A stretch of 64,000 nt of DNA from a virus. Its lineage: Duplodnaviria > Caudoviricetes. The position numbers and the translations under genes were made by a program. This document shows, piece by piece, positions 54,963-64,000 of this stretch (position 1 is the first letter of the stretch; the number at the start of each line of letters is the position of its first letter). The notes under the pieces were generated by a model. The model was given only the letters and a program-made list of their open reading frames with translations, did no database searches and was not told the DNA's origin. The stretch is taken from positions 1 to 64,000 of IMG/VR virus record IMGVR_UViG_3300021387_003827, one strand, 5' to 3'.

Positions 54963-56184
54963 ATTTATACAGAAGGAATTTACTCTGCAAGAGGGTCATT
55001 ATACTGGACCTAAGGATCAGGATAAATTACCCGGAGCTGTAGAAATTATAGGAAAAAGCGCGTTAGGTGGAGCTTTAGCGGGTTCTGCTGTCGGCGCAAT
55101 TCTAAAGGATACTACTGCCCTTGAAGGAGCAATTCAGGGTGGAAAATATGGAGCTCTTGCCGGCGTAATTCTTAAAGTATTTTTAAACTATCTTCATAAA
55201 CCAATGTCAAAAGTCAAGTTTCAGGAGGTAGATAGAAAGATACGTAAAGAATTTGGTATATATCGTGCTGCCGGAATTACTGTAGGAGACTCCATAAGTA
55301 ATAGAAAAGATGTTTCAGAGAAGTTTAGCTTCAATGATAGAAACGTTACGAACTATAAAATAACCATAACAGTACAAAATGATCAAGTGACTATGTATAC
55401 CTTTGGTCTTTCTGACAAAGATCTTGAAAAGGTAGATAATACCCTTGATTATTATTGTAAGAAATACTTTGGGATGAAATATAGCGCCTCTCTTTTATCT
55501 CAAAAAATGAATTCTTATGCCGTAACTATAGTCTTCACCAATTATCAAGTTATATCTAATTTCATTATGGAACTTTCCAATGAATTAGAGACGAAGATAA
55601 ATCTTATGGACAATGATGCTATAGTAGCTGGCAGACTTCAAGATGAAGAGGGAGAGGAGGATCAGAGAAATTTTAGTGTAGCCGAATTTGGAAAAAATGA
55701 TATTATAAAGATTCTTTCCGGCTCTGGGATATCTTTTATAAAGAATCTTACAAGAGGGAAAGGACTTGGGACGAGTATTTCCTGCGCTCTTCTTGAAATA
55801 TTATCAGGTTCGGCTAGAAAATTAACCAAAGATGAAATGGTTAAAGCAGGAATAAAGGCGCCTAGAGAAGCTTTCGGAAATAAGTATCTCTATGACACTC
55901 TTTTAAAACTTCATTATATTGACGGATTTAATTTCGTTTCTGGAGAAAAGAATTTCGACAATAATATGTCTATGATTGAAGGACTTTTTGTAGTAACTTC
56001 CTCCAAGAAAGATGATGTCTCTAAGATAGATAAATTATACTGGGGAAGTGGAAGAAATAAAATAAATAGGTCTAAGAATGGTGATGTTATTGTCTGGACA
56101 CATTCAATCCAAAGCCGAGTGGAATTCGAGTTCCTCTTAAAGAAATTAATGTCGTCTGGTATAAAATTTAATATATTTGAATAA
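54955..56184 (+). CDS. Leader-tagged protein with Gly zipper and internal RNFS site
   Basis: MIEFIQKEFT; EEGEEDQRNFS linker. Confidence 0.75.
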   Translation: MIEFIQKEFTLQEGHYTGPKDQDKLPGAVEIIGKSALGGALAGSAVGAILKDTTALEGAIQGGKYGALAGVILKVFLNYLHKPMSKVKFQEVDRKIRKEFGIYRAAGITVGDSISNRKDVSEKFSFNDRNVTNYKITITVQNDQVTMYTFGLSDKDLEKVDNTLDYYCKKYFGMKYSASLLSQKMNSYAVTIVFTNYQVISNFIMELSNELETKINLMDNDAIVAGRLQDEEGEEDQRNFSVAEFGKNDIIKILSGSGISFIKNLTRGKGLGTSISCALLEILSGSARKLTKDEMVKAGIKAPREAFGNKYLYDTLLKLHYIDGFNFVSGEKNFDNNMSMIEGLFVVTSSKKDDVSKIDKLYWGSGRNKINRSKNGDVIVWTHSIQSRVEFEFLLKKLMSSGIKFNIFE

Positions 56185-56185
56185 T

Positions 56186-56551
56186 ATGATAATCAAAAGA
56201 GAAAAAAATTTCTCTAAAATAGTATCTGATAAAATTTCTGCAAAACTAGATCGTGACGGTATTCTTGATTATGAGGTTTCTGATAAGATCTCAGATGATA
56301 GCATATCTATAAGTTCTGATCTTTCAAATGTAGAAGTGTTTATCCCAATTGATCTAGAATATTCTCAGTATCCGATAGATGATATTCTTAGAAAAGTGGC
56401 CCCTTATCTTAGGAGCACTACGAATCTAGAAAGAGACATCTATATTCTCAGGGTACAAGGAAAAATGACAGAGGATCAATATTATAAATTTGTCAAGGGT
56501 ATTATAAAATCTGAAGAATTCATAACTATCCTTGAGAAAGATTTTATTTGA
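56186..56551 (+). CDS. Leader-tagged protein
   Basis: MIIKREKNFS (M4 of track ORF). Confidence 0.72.
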   Translation: MIIKREKNFSKIVSDKISAKLDRDGILDYEVSDKISDDSISISSDLSNVEVFIPIDLEYSQYPIDDILRKVAPYLRSTTNLERDIYILRVQGKMTEDQYYKFVKGIIKSEEFITILEKDFI

Positions 56552-56565
56552 TATAATAGAGAATC

Positions 56566-57003
56566 ATGGCAAGCGAAGATATGGCCTCTAAAAGTTTGGA
56601 TAGGGCAAATAAGCTCTATTCAATAGGCATGAAGCAAATTAAATTACAGCTTAAGCTCCAAGGTACCGACTTCATTGTACTCCGCCCAAAGAATAATTCT
56701 AAGTGGAAACAAGTATTCGGAGGTACATATTCTTCCTCTAGTACTCTTGAAAACGATTACGAGCAATTCTCAACAAGACTAATCGTAAATCTTAATGAAT
56801 TTCGAGATGTATGGAATCGAAATAGAGATATAATAGAATCTTATAGTCCTGACGGATCTCTTGAGGTTGGAGATGAACTTCAATACACAAGGGACAAAAG
56901 GACATTTAGATTTAAGATCTCTATGAAGCAGGCCTATTCTGAGGTAGCAGATGTATTATATGTATATACGCTATCAAGTATAATTGAAACGCTAGATGAG
57001 TAA
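56566..57003 (+). CDS. Head-tail adaptor / stopper candidate
   Basis: LEVGDELQY...FRFKI beta pattern; position. Confidence 0.45.
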   Translation: MASEDMASKSLDRANKLYSIGMKQIKLQLKLQGTDFIVLRPKNNSKWKQVFGGTYSSSSTLENDYEQFSTRLIVNLNEFRDVWNRNRDIIESYSPDGSLEVGDELQYTRDKRTFRFKISMKQAYSEVADVLYVYTLSSIIETLDE

Positions 57004-59540
57004 TGGCTAAAAGCAGTAAAATTCCTGGTTATGAACAATTGACCAGACCAGAAGAAATATCTGCTCTATCTAAATATCTAAAAGCAAGAAGGGAGGACTT
57101 AGATTCCAAAACAGAGCTTGGTGAGGATAATTTAGAAGTCCCTGGAAGAAAGACCGGTAAAATTCCACATATTGACCGTCTTCCAGATAGCTACGAAAAT
57201 CTTAAGGTCTCTAAAGATACAAAACTTTCTAATACAAAGATCAACTTAGAGAACCAAGAGAATCTATCACTATCTAATGTCAGACTTAATGTTATGGACA
57301 ATGAGAAAGAAGGTATAGGAACTCTTGATTCTTCTAGAGTTGGTCTTCTTTCTTCATCTAAGAAAGACATTAACACTCTAGAAACGAAAGCTGAAAAATT
57401 AGAAAGTGATGGAAAGAGTGTAGAGCTAGGGAATAAAAGAGCGGAACTTGAAAATCCAGATAAAGATTTAAAACTATCGGGAAATAAAGAAGAATTACAT
57501 AATACAAAAAATAGTCTAGGATTATCGGGAAAGAGAGAAAAATTAATATCATCGAAAACTGGGAATCCGGAAGATCTATATGGTTCAGTACTAGGGGCTC
57601 CTGAAAATCAAAGTGGTGAGCCAGAAGAACTTTACGACTCTGTTCTTACTCCAGATATAGAACCAGAAGACAAAATAGAAGGCCTGGAAAACGATATTAT
57701 AAAACCAGACATAGAACCAGAGAAAGACTCAAGGCTTGAAGAGGGCAACTCAGAAAGAGTACCGGGGACTAAGAAGGAAGATATAGATAGTCTGGAATCA
57801 TCGAGATTAGATATAGAACCAGAAGACAAAATAGAAGACCTGGAAAACGATATTATAAAAGGACCTAGTGAATTAGATGTAGAACTAGAAGATTTCATAG
57901 ATATAATAAAAAATAGTGATAAAGACATATCACTTTATGATAAATTAATTAATCTTCTAGACTCTAATGGAAATGATATTAGTGAGTGGGAAGAAAAAAT
58001 AAAAGCACTTGTATCTACATATCTTAGCGATGATAATAAGATTTCTCCAGAAAAAGCTGCAGAATATGAGGCTAAACTAGAAAATACACTAAAGGTCTTA
58101 TCTATCGGTGGAAGTAATACCCTAAAAGACCTTCCAGATCCCAAAAATAGAGCATACCTTGAAGATATCTTTGGTCTTAGTAAATGGCTTGTTAAAAAAG
58201 GAAACTCAGAAAGAGTACCGGGGACTAAACTTCCGTCAGGTAGTAGTATAGTTAGTTATGGAAATGGAAATAATTATCTTCGATGGCTGGCTGAACAAAC
58301 TGCTACGGTTGGTGGTGTAACTAATCCTGTTTTTGGTGGAAAGACAAAAGAATTTCTAATCGAAGAAACTATAGCCGCACTTGTTATAGGTAGGGATAAA
58401 CTTGAGAGACTATCAAAAACAAATAGAGATAGACTTCCCGGAGACGACAACTGGGCCATCACATCTCTAGTACAAGGTGGAGTATCTGGCCTAATTGACT
58501 CTTCGCTAAATAAAGGAAAGCAAGTATTAAAGGACTTTGCTGGAAGAATATTAAAGAGTGGAGAGACTGGACCAAAACCGTCATATAATAGGCCAAAAGC
58601 GGGTCAAGTTGGTAAAAATAAAGAGTATTCCTTCTCTGGGGAAGATGAAAGTGGTACTATAATATTCAAAGATTCTTATGGATCCGGTGAGGGAATAAAA
58701 ACCACCCTCAAGGACCTTTGTGGATATTCTGGAGAGGTGGAATCTCTTGCCAAGGTTGTATCAGAATTAACCAAAGAAGGGTCTCTAATTACAACATGGA
58801 ATAAAGAAGACAGTCTAAAACTTACTTTGGATTCAAATTCTTTCTGGGAAGTTATTATTGAACCATATTGTGGAAAACTAAATGGTGGAATTTCTTATCT
58901 ACCGGCAATACAAGAGATAAATGCTATAAATAGTAAGACTCACGGCGTAAAGACGAGATACAATAAGTGGATACCATTTTCATCCTTTGAACTTTCCAAG
59001 TCTAAGGTAAATACAAAATCCGTTGGCTTATATGATGGAGAGATTGTATTCCCAGTATCTATGGAGTTTACAAATGAATTCAGATTAAATATAATTGACG
59101 ATCAGTATAAATCATGGAGAACATATTTCCAAAGATGTGCTGATGCTGCAATATATAATTCTGAACCTCATGGAAGTAATTATTATAGTTCTCCTGGGGA
59201 ATATATAACCGGAATAGATAAGACAAATATATTTCCTGCCTTCTATCAAAATATAACTTTTAGAATAAGAGTATATATAATGACTCCACAATTTTCTACA
59301 ATAAGAAAGTTTGATCTTTTATGTGTACTTCGAGATTTTATAGAAGAATTTAGTGGTGATATAGATGCTGGTGCTGGTGATCTTAGTGTTGCCTTTTCTA
59401 TAGTAGGTGAAAATCCGACAGACAGTGAAACACCGGGAATAAAGGTTCCGTTTGATACGACTAGATATCCCATACTCGCATCTGCCCTTAGTATTTTATC
59501 AAATGCTCCATCATTGACCGGCGGAGGAATAATAGGATAG
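57003..59540 (+). CDS. Baseplate / tube-initiator-like protein with long acidic repetitive N-region
   Basis: Tube-like C-domain FPVSMEFTNEFRLNIIDDQYKSWRTYF...DLSVAFSIVG; internal repeats. Confidence 0.55.
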   Translation: MAKSSKIPGYEQLTRPEEISALSKYLKARREDLDSKTELGEDNLEVPGRKTGKIPHIDRLPDSYENLKVSKDTKLSNTKINLENQENLSLSNVRLNVMDNEKEGIGTLDSSRVGLLSSSKKDINTLETKAEKLESDGKSVELGNKRAELENPDKDLKLSGNKEELHNTKNSLGLSGKREKLISSKTGNPEDLYGSVLGAPENQSGEPEELYDSVLTPDIEPEDKIEGLENDIIKPDIEPEKDSRLEEGNSERVPGTKKEDIDSLESSRLDIEPEDKIEDLENDIIKGPSELDVELEDFIDIIKNSDKDISLYDKLINLLDSNGNDISEWEEKIKALVSTYLSDDNKISPEKAAEYEAKLENTLKVLSIGGSNTLKDLPDPKNRAYLEDIFGLSKWLVKKGNSERVPGTKLPSGSSIVSYGNGNNYLRWLAEQTATVGGVTNPVFGGKTKEFLIEETIAALVIGRDKLERLSKTNRDRLPGDDNWAITSLVQGGVSGLIDSSLNKGKQVLKDFAGRILKSGETGPKPSYNRPKAGQVGKNKEYSFSGEDESGTIIFKDSYGSGEGIKTTLKDLCGYSGEVESLAKVVSELTKEGSLITTWNKEDSLKLTLDSNSFWEVIIEPYCGKLNGGISYLPAIQEINAINSKTHGVKTRYNKWIPFSSFELSKSKVNTKSVGLYDGEIVFPVSMEFTNEFRLNIIDDQYKSWRTYFQRCADAAIYNSEPHGSNYYSSPGEYITGIDKTNIFPAFYQNITFRIRVYIMTPQFSTIRKFDLLCVLRDFIEEFSGDIDAGAGDLSVAFSIVGENPTDSETPGIKVPFDTTRYPILASALSILSNAPSLTGGGIIG
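57653..57860 (+). repeat. 52-bp intragenic direct repeat (57653..57704 / 57809..57860, 1 mismatch)
   Basis: DIEPEDKIE(G/D)LENDIIK twice; GNSERVPGTK also duplicated. Confidence 0.85.
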
Positions 59541-59554
59541 GGAGGATATAAGCT

Positions 59555-60931
59555 ATGTACATGAAATTAGGAAATACAAGAATAAATTATACCACTAACC
59601 CTATTAATGACTTCTTAATCTTTGGAGGAATTGTAGACTCTGAAATAGGACCGGGAAAACCAAAATTAATCCGGACAGTTCAGGAGTTAGAATGTTACTT
59701 TGGGAAAGACTTTGATGAATATAACTTCTATTGTGAGCTTTTATCCTATAGCAATGTTTCACTTTATCTGGCAAGTACATCAGAGAGAAACAGAACATTT
59801 GAGACGATAGAAATAGATGGAGAGAGCTATGACAAAAGATCTGATATCTATCAAGCAACTAATTTTGCTGGGTTTAAATTCATTAATAAATCTGTCGGAT
59901 CAGTTGAAGAAGGTATATATGTAGTTGATTCAAAAATTGGTGTTAGAATTGAAGTTCTTGGCAATAATGTTTTTAGATTCACAATTACACGGTTTGGATA
60001 TGAAGAAGTTTTTGAGGGAAGTGTAGATAATATTCCTGGGAAGAATAGAATTGATTATATGATCTCTCAAAAATCTAATCTTATATCATGCGAACTTATA
60101 GATAAAACACAATTACCGGGGGAAGATGTTTCTAAAGATCTTTTTATAGATGGAAATGGTTTATACTTAATATCAATTTCTGAAGATGGAGAAGAAACAA
60201 GAGTATTTGGAATATCGGATAAAATAATCACTTCATCTTATGCAGCCCTCTTAGAAGAGATGTTTTCAGAAGATGAAGATAATATATATGTAGATTATCT
60301 ATTACTTCCTAGGTTAGGTAATATAGTTATAAATAAACTTATAAAAATAGCAAGTAATTTTAATTTTCAGGCTCTCATAGATGTTCCTGGAGATTATACT
60401 ACAACAGAAGACGGGGATAATCGACTTATATATTTCTACTCTTCCGGAAATCTACTCTATAATGGGTGGGCTAGACCTGGATACTATACCTTTCTTAGGG
60501 GTATTATAAATGGTATATTCTCTTGGTCTGGAAATGACATCTCTTATGTTCCACCAGAGGATACAGAAACACTAGAGAACAATCATATAAACTTTCTTAC
60601 TTCAAATAACTATAAATATTTCTTTAGGAAATACTTTAACATGGGAACTGGAACGACAATATGGAAAAGATTTGCTATAGGAAAAATTTATAGAGAACTG
60701 ATGAAGAATAAATGGAATTATCTTGGGAAAAAGGACACGGATGCTTTAACCGAAGATAATATCCGAACAATCTTAGATAGAATCGTTAGTTACTTCCCAA
60801 TCATTAGTTCAATAGATATAGAAGAACTAAACATAGATTCACGAAATAATAAGCTAAGCCTTACACTACGAACTGAGGTAGATGACTTGGCGGATAATGA
60901 TATAGAATTAGATATAACTATTAATTATTAA
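59555..60931 (+). CDS. Second, divergent sheath-like protein
   Basis: GKPKLIRTVQELECYFG, EVFEGS, ETLENNHINF resemble sheath motifs; precedes tube gene. Confidence 0.55.
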   Translation: MYMKLGNTRINYTTNPINDFLIFGGIVDSEIGPGKPKLIRTVQELECYFGKDFDEYNFYCELLSYSNVSLYLASTSERNRTFETIEIDGESYDKRSDIYQATNFAGFKFINKSVGSVEEGIYVVDSKIGVRIEVLGNNVFRFTITRFGYEEVFEGSVDNIPGKNRIDYMISQKSNLISCELIDKTQLPGEDVSKDLFIDGNGLYLISISEDGEETRVFGISDKIITSSYAALLEEMFSEDEDNIYVDYLLLPRLGNIVINKLIKIASNFNFQALIDVPGDYTTTEDGDNRLIYFYSSGNLLYNGWARPGYYTFLRGIINGIFSWSGNDISYVPPEDTETLENNHINFLTSNNYKYFFRKYFNMGTGTTIWKRFAIGKIYRELMKNKWNYLGKKDTDALTEDNIRTILDRIVSYFPIISSIDIEELNIDSRNNKLSLTLRTEVDDLADNDIELDITINY

Positions 60932-60935
60932 CTTT

Positions 60936-61523
60936 ATGGCAACAGTAACTGACCTTGTTCGTGGTAATAAGGGCCGTATGAGCTTTATTGATTACAACTC
61001 AACCTATAGAGACAATAACAAAGAGTTTCTTAGGGGTGATATGTGGGAATTTCAGTTTGTAAATCCACCTAGAATTGTATACTATCCTGGTGACGATATT
61101 GTAAATGCTAGACTAAATAGTGTACAAGTAGCTATTGATAACTCTGTGAATGGGTTTGAAAAGAGAATGAGGGGAAATTATGTCATTCGTCAGCAGACAG
61201 GACAGAATACCTCTGGTTCCTTATCCTTAGCTTTTATTGATAGAGAGGATCAAGCTATCTCTTATTGGATTGACGACTGGAGACAAAAAATTTCTGATCG
61301 TGATACAAAATATTCCTTCAGAAAGGACGATCTTGTATGCGACTGCAGAATGATTATAACCAATTCTTCAAGAATTGACGTAAGAACGCTTGATTTCTAT
61401 AATTGTGTTATTATGGACGGTACCCTAGATGAAAGTGGTGCTGACGTAGATGGTACTGATAGAGCAGACGTTCAGCTACAACTTGCTTTCGAACATTACG
61501 AGAGAAGTTGGGATAATCTTTAA
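60936..61523 (+). CDS. Tail tube protein (T4 gp19-like)
   Basis: FLRGDMWEFQF...GSLSLAFIDREDQAISYWIDDW...FYNC...VQLQLAFEHY. Confidence 0.75.
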   Translation: MATVTDLVRGNKGRMSFIDYNSTYRDNNKEFLRGDMWEFQFVNPPRIVYYPGDDIVNARLNSVQVAIDNSVNGFEKRMRGNYVIRQQTGQNTSGSLSLAFIDREDQAISYWIDDWRQKISDRDTKYSFRKDDLVCDCRMIITNSSRIDVRTLDFYNCVIMDGTLDESGADVDGTDRADVQLQLAFEHYERSWDNL

Positions 61524-61590
61524 TTTCTAACATAGAGGGGATTATGGAAAATATAATCCCAGATCCCCTCTCTCTTTAATTAAAAAAAAT

Positions 61591-62349
61591 ATGGAAATAT
61601 TAGCATCAACACTACCCTCCGGAGGATATGGCTACAGTTTCCCGTCTATCTCTATTCGCCCTATGACATTTCGCGAAATAGTAGAATACGTAGAAAATGT
61701 TCCCTCTGACCCACTGGAAAAATACTTATTTGATATACGGCTTCTTACCAGAGAGGACGAAAATATCATGGACTGCTATGTAATGGACCTGGACTTTCTG
61801 ATTTTCTTCAAGAAACTTATTACAGTATCCAAAGACATGGTATATACTATATCTACTAAATGTCCTAAATGTGGTAAAGAAATAAAAACACAAATTTCAC
61901 TATCAGAAGATATTCACTTTAAGCAAATAGATGAACAGGTTATGAATGGGGCCTATATTACTCTTGGAGGGCATAAATATGAAACCATTGTACCTACAGT
62001 CCGAGATTTCCTTAAAGTATTTGAAAAATATCTTAGATTCAGAAAAATAGAAGATTTGAAATTAATTAAGACTATTTCTCTGATTAAAGATTTTGAGAAA
62101 AATGGTAACCAGATAGAAAAAGATGTTCTGGGAGCCACACATGAAGATGTTACTCTCCTTCTTGCATTACGAGAGTTATACTTTGATAGACTTGAACCAA
62201 TCACTCTTTATTGCCCAGATTGTGATAAAGAATTAAATAATGAAGAAAGGAGGGGTATGGCAGTAAGTGTTGAGTCGCTTATTGTCGACTTCTTTCGAGA
62301 CCTCTGTAACAATTCCCCAATTGATGGAGATAAAATTCTTTTTAAATAA
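61591..62349 (+). CDS. Baseplate hub / tail assembly chaperone (T4 gp26-like)
   Basis: LPSGG, IRPMTFRE, CPKCG and CPDC, DFF; between tube and tape measure. Confidence 0.7.
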   Translation: MEILASTLPSGGYGYSFPSISIRPMTFREIVEYVENVPSDPLEKYLFDIRLLTREDENIMDCYVMDLDFLIFFKKLITVSKDMVYTISTKCPKCGKEIKTQISLSEDIHFKQIDEQVMNGAYITLGGHKYETIVPTVRDFLKVFEKYLRFRKIEDLKLIKTISLIKDFEKNGNQIEKDVLGATHEDVTLLLALRELYFDRLEPITLYCPDCDKELNNEERRGMAVSVESLIVDFFRDLCNNSPIDGDKILFK

Positions 62350-62596
62350 GTTCATAAAGATTAATAATATTGAAGATTATACTTTGGCTTCTATAGACGA
62401 AATGAGAGATACCTATGATCGATTCCTAGAGAAAACAGAAGGTGTTGATCCAGACTATCCATATCTTCGTTTAGGACAAGGAGAAAAAGGTAAAGTCTTA
62501 GGAACTAGAGGAACCAATATATACTCAGTCATTGGAGAGGGAGAAAGTAAAGAGGATGTATATGATAGAATAAGAAATAACCATGGCAGACAATAG
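62324..62596 (+). CDS. Small tail-assembly protein (gp51-like) or frameshift extension of upstream gene
   Basis: MEIKFFLNKF... in +1 frame overlapping the end of the 61591 gene. Confidence 0.55.
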   Translation: MEIKFFLNKFIKINNIEDYTLASIDEMRDTYDRFLEKTEGVDPDYPYLRLGQGEKGKVLGTRGTNIYSVIGEGESKEDVYDRIRNNHGRQ

Positions 62597-64000
62597 GAAA
62601 GGGGCTAATGATCTTGAGGAATATCAGCAGGCCCAAAATCAATTACTTGCTATACAGGCGGAACAGAGTAAGAATTTAGCTACCGCACGTGCTAATAATG
62701 AAGCAGATAGACAGCAAATTAATACTGTCGCTCAAGCAGGGATGGTGGCCGCTCAAGATGCCAATTTCAACCCTGCCACTAATAATATATTGGGTAGATA
62801 TGGACTCCAAAAACCAAGAACTGTATCTACCCAAGGAAGAAGTGTTCAAACCACTCCTCAAAATATAACAGTAAATAATTATTATAACAATACAACAAAC
62901 TATCCAATCCCAGGGCGAGAGTTAGCCTTTAGAAGCCCACAACAACAGAACAATCTAGCTTCGTTTAAATCGTGGATCTCTGGTGTATTCTCACGACAAA
63001 ATGAACAGGCTGCACTTAGAGAAAGAGAATACAACAAGAAAGAAAGGTCCCTTGCCAGAGATGCAAATCGGGTAATGAGGAAAATGGAAGAAGTTGGAAA
63101 AAGTGTTGGACGAGCTCTAGATCCAAGACGTGCAGCAGATAATCCAAAAAATCAAATAATGACGTTCCTCAAGCTCTTCGGTATTTATGAGATTGTTAAA
63201 AACTGGGATAAAATTCTAGATACTATAAATAAGATTGAAAATAGAATATCCTCCCTAATTGGATATGACGGAGAAAGGCTTGAGATCAGGAATGGAACCC
63301 TATATAAAGCCCTTGTCCATTATACCGGGGGAAAAGAAGGCGACACTCTTAGTAAATCTCTTAAAGGTTTACTTACCGATGAAAAAACTGGTATCTTCGG
63401 TCTAATAAAACAATACTTTAATGGACTTATAGAAGAGAGAAAAGCAGCCGTAAGTACTGTCGATAGACCTGAGATAGTGAGAAATAAAATGGGTCTACCT
63501 GATATAGGGGGAACTATAACCAACATCGCTAATTATCTTGGTGATATCTTAAATGCTCTGATCGGTGGTGCTTCGGGGGTTAAGAAAATAGCAGCCAAGA
63601 ATATTCAAAGATCAGCGGACGAAATATATGACACAGAAAGAGAGAAAGATAAATCCTCCTATGGCAGATATACTTCGGGAGCAAACTTCGCTGGAAAAGT
63701 GGATAGATCTTTAAAAGGGAATACAGATCTTGGTGATGCAAATGTTACTCTCCCGTATGGACTTGGAAGACAGACGTACCTAGATTCAAGAATTGACCTA
63801 GACTCTTCTGGAAACTTAAATTCTACACATGCCTCTTTAGCACAATCTGGAGCACTTGTAACTGCTCTTAATGATGCAAAGAAATCTGGAAATATTAAGA
63901 CCTCTGTGGTTCTCTCAGGATTTGATAGGCTTAAGACTTATGCCAAAACTCATAATGGAGCTGTGGTAGATGAAGAATTCTTAAAGAATTATTATGGGGG
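62583..64000 (+). CDS. Tape-measure-like protein, 5' part (runs off window)
   Basis: Open frame from ATG 62583 (MADNRKGANDLEEYQQAQNQ...), helical and Gln/Ala-rich; canonical position after chaperone genes. Confidence 0.65.
   Translation, partial: MADNRKGANDLEEYQQAQNQLLAIQAEQSKNLATARANNEADRQQINTVAQAGMVAAQDANFNPATNNILGRYGLQKPRTVSTQGRSVQTTPQNITVNNYYNNTTNYPIPGRELAFRSPQQQNNLASFKSWISGVFSRQNEQAALREREYNKKERSLARDANRVMRKMEEVGKSVGRALDPRRAADNPKNQIMTFLKLFGIYEIVKNWDKILDTINKIENRISSLIGYDGERLEIRNGTLYKALVHYTGGKEGDTLSKSLKGLLTDEKTGIFGLIKQYFNGLIEERKAAVSTVDRPEIVRNKMGLPDIGGTITNIANYLGDILNALIGGASGVKKIAAKNIQRSADEIYDTEREKDKSSYGRYTSGANFAGKVDRSLKGNTDLGDANVTLPYGLGRQTYLDSRIDLDSSGNLNSTHASLAQSGALVTALNDAKKSGNIKTSVVLSGFDRLKTYAKTHNGAVVDEEFLKNYYG

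Noticed and set aside
5386-56551. Leader as a type IV prepilin or Sec/lipoprotein signal
   Set aside because: No Gly before Phe, no E+5, no hydrophobic stretch directly following, and no lipobox.
1-64000. Stop-codon reassignment as in Lak or some crAss-like phages
   Set aside because: Long genes are intact in code 11, and TAG and TGA both end genes at sensible boundaries.
1-64000. CRISPR array or rRNA
   Set aside because: No regularly spaced repeats and no rRNA-like sequence found.

Overview
64 kb of an AT-rich, large (probably jumbo) contractile-tailed phage with distant T4-like morphogenesis genes. The host is most likely a Bacteroidota: it carries a Bacteroidetes-type TonB receptor, an Amidase_3 lysin, and almost no Shine-Dalgarno sites. 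Standard genetic code. Layout: (1) 0.2-5 kb, + strand: TonB-dependent receptor, NadR and PnuC, a candidate nicotinamide-riboside import/NAD salvage unit. (2) 5-31.4 kb, - strand: a long array of small basic proteins, interrupted by two homing-type endonucleases, terminase large subunit, endolysin and fibre genes. (3) 31.5-35.4 kb: an accessory block (M42 peptidase, Nudix) bracketed by a 48-bp inverted repeat containing outward-facing promoter-like motifs. (4) 35.5-64 kb, + strand: portal, tRNA-Asp, prohead protease, scaffold, major capsid, sheath, tube and the start of a tape-measure-like gene. Main candidate system: about 40 otherwise unrelated proteins share an N-terminal leader of about 10 aa (MIILRQKxF/YS). 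Its core [K/R]-x-[F/Y]-S recurs in the scaffold (14 FS dipeptides), protease, capsid N-terminus and portal, but not at the N-termini of metabolic or tail proteins. I infer a capsid-loading/protease-maturation tag for a large, shuffled arsenal of injected cargo (GNATs, ART-like, zincin, YoeB-like, Dps-like, many Gly-zipper membrane peptides). A second unexplained element is a covarying H-type RNA pseudoknot found six times just upstream of tagged genes. All family calls come from motif recognition by eye; no searches were run.
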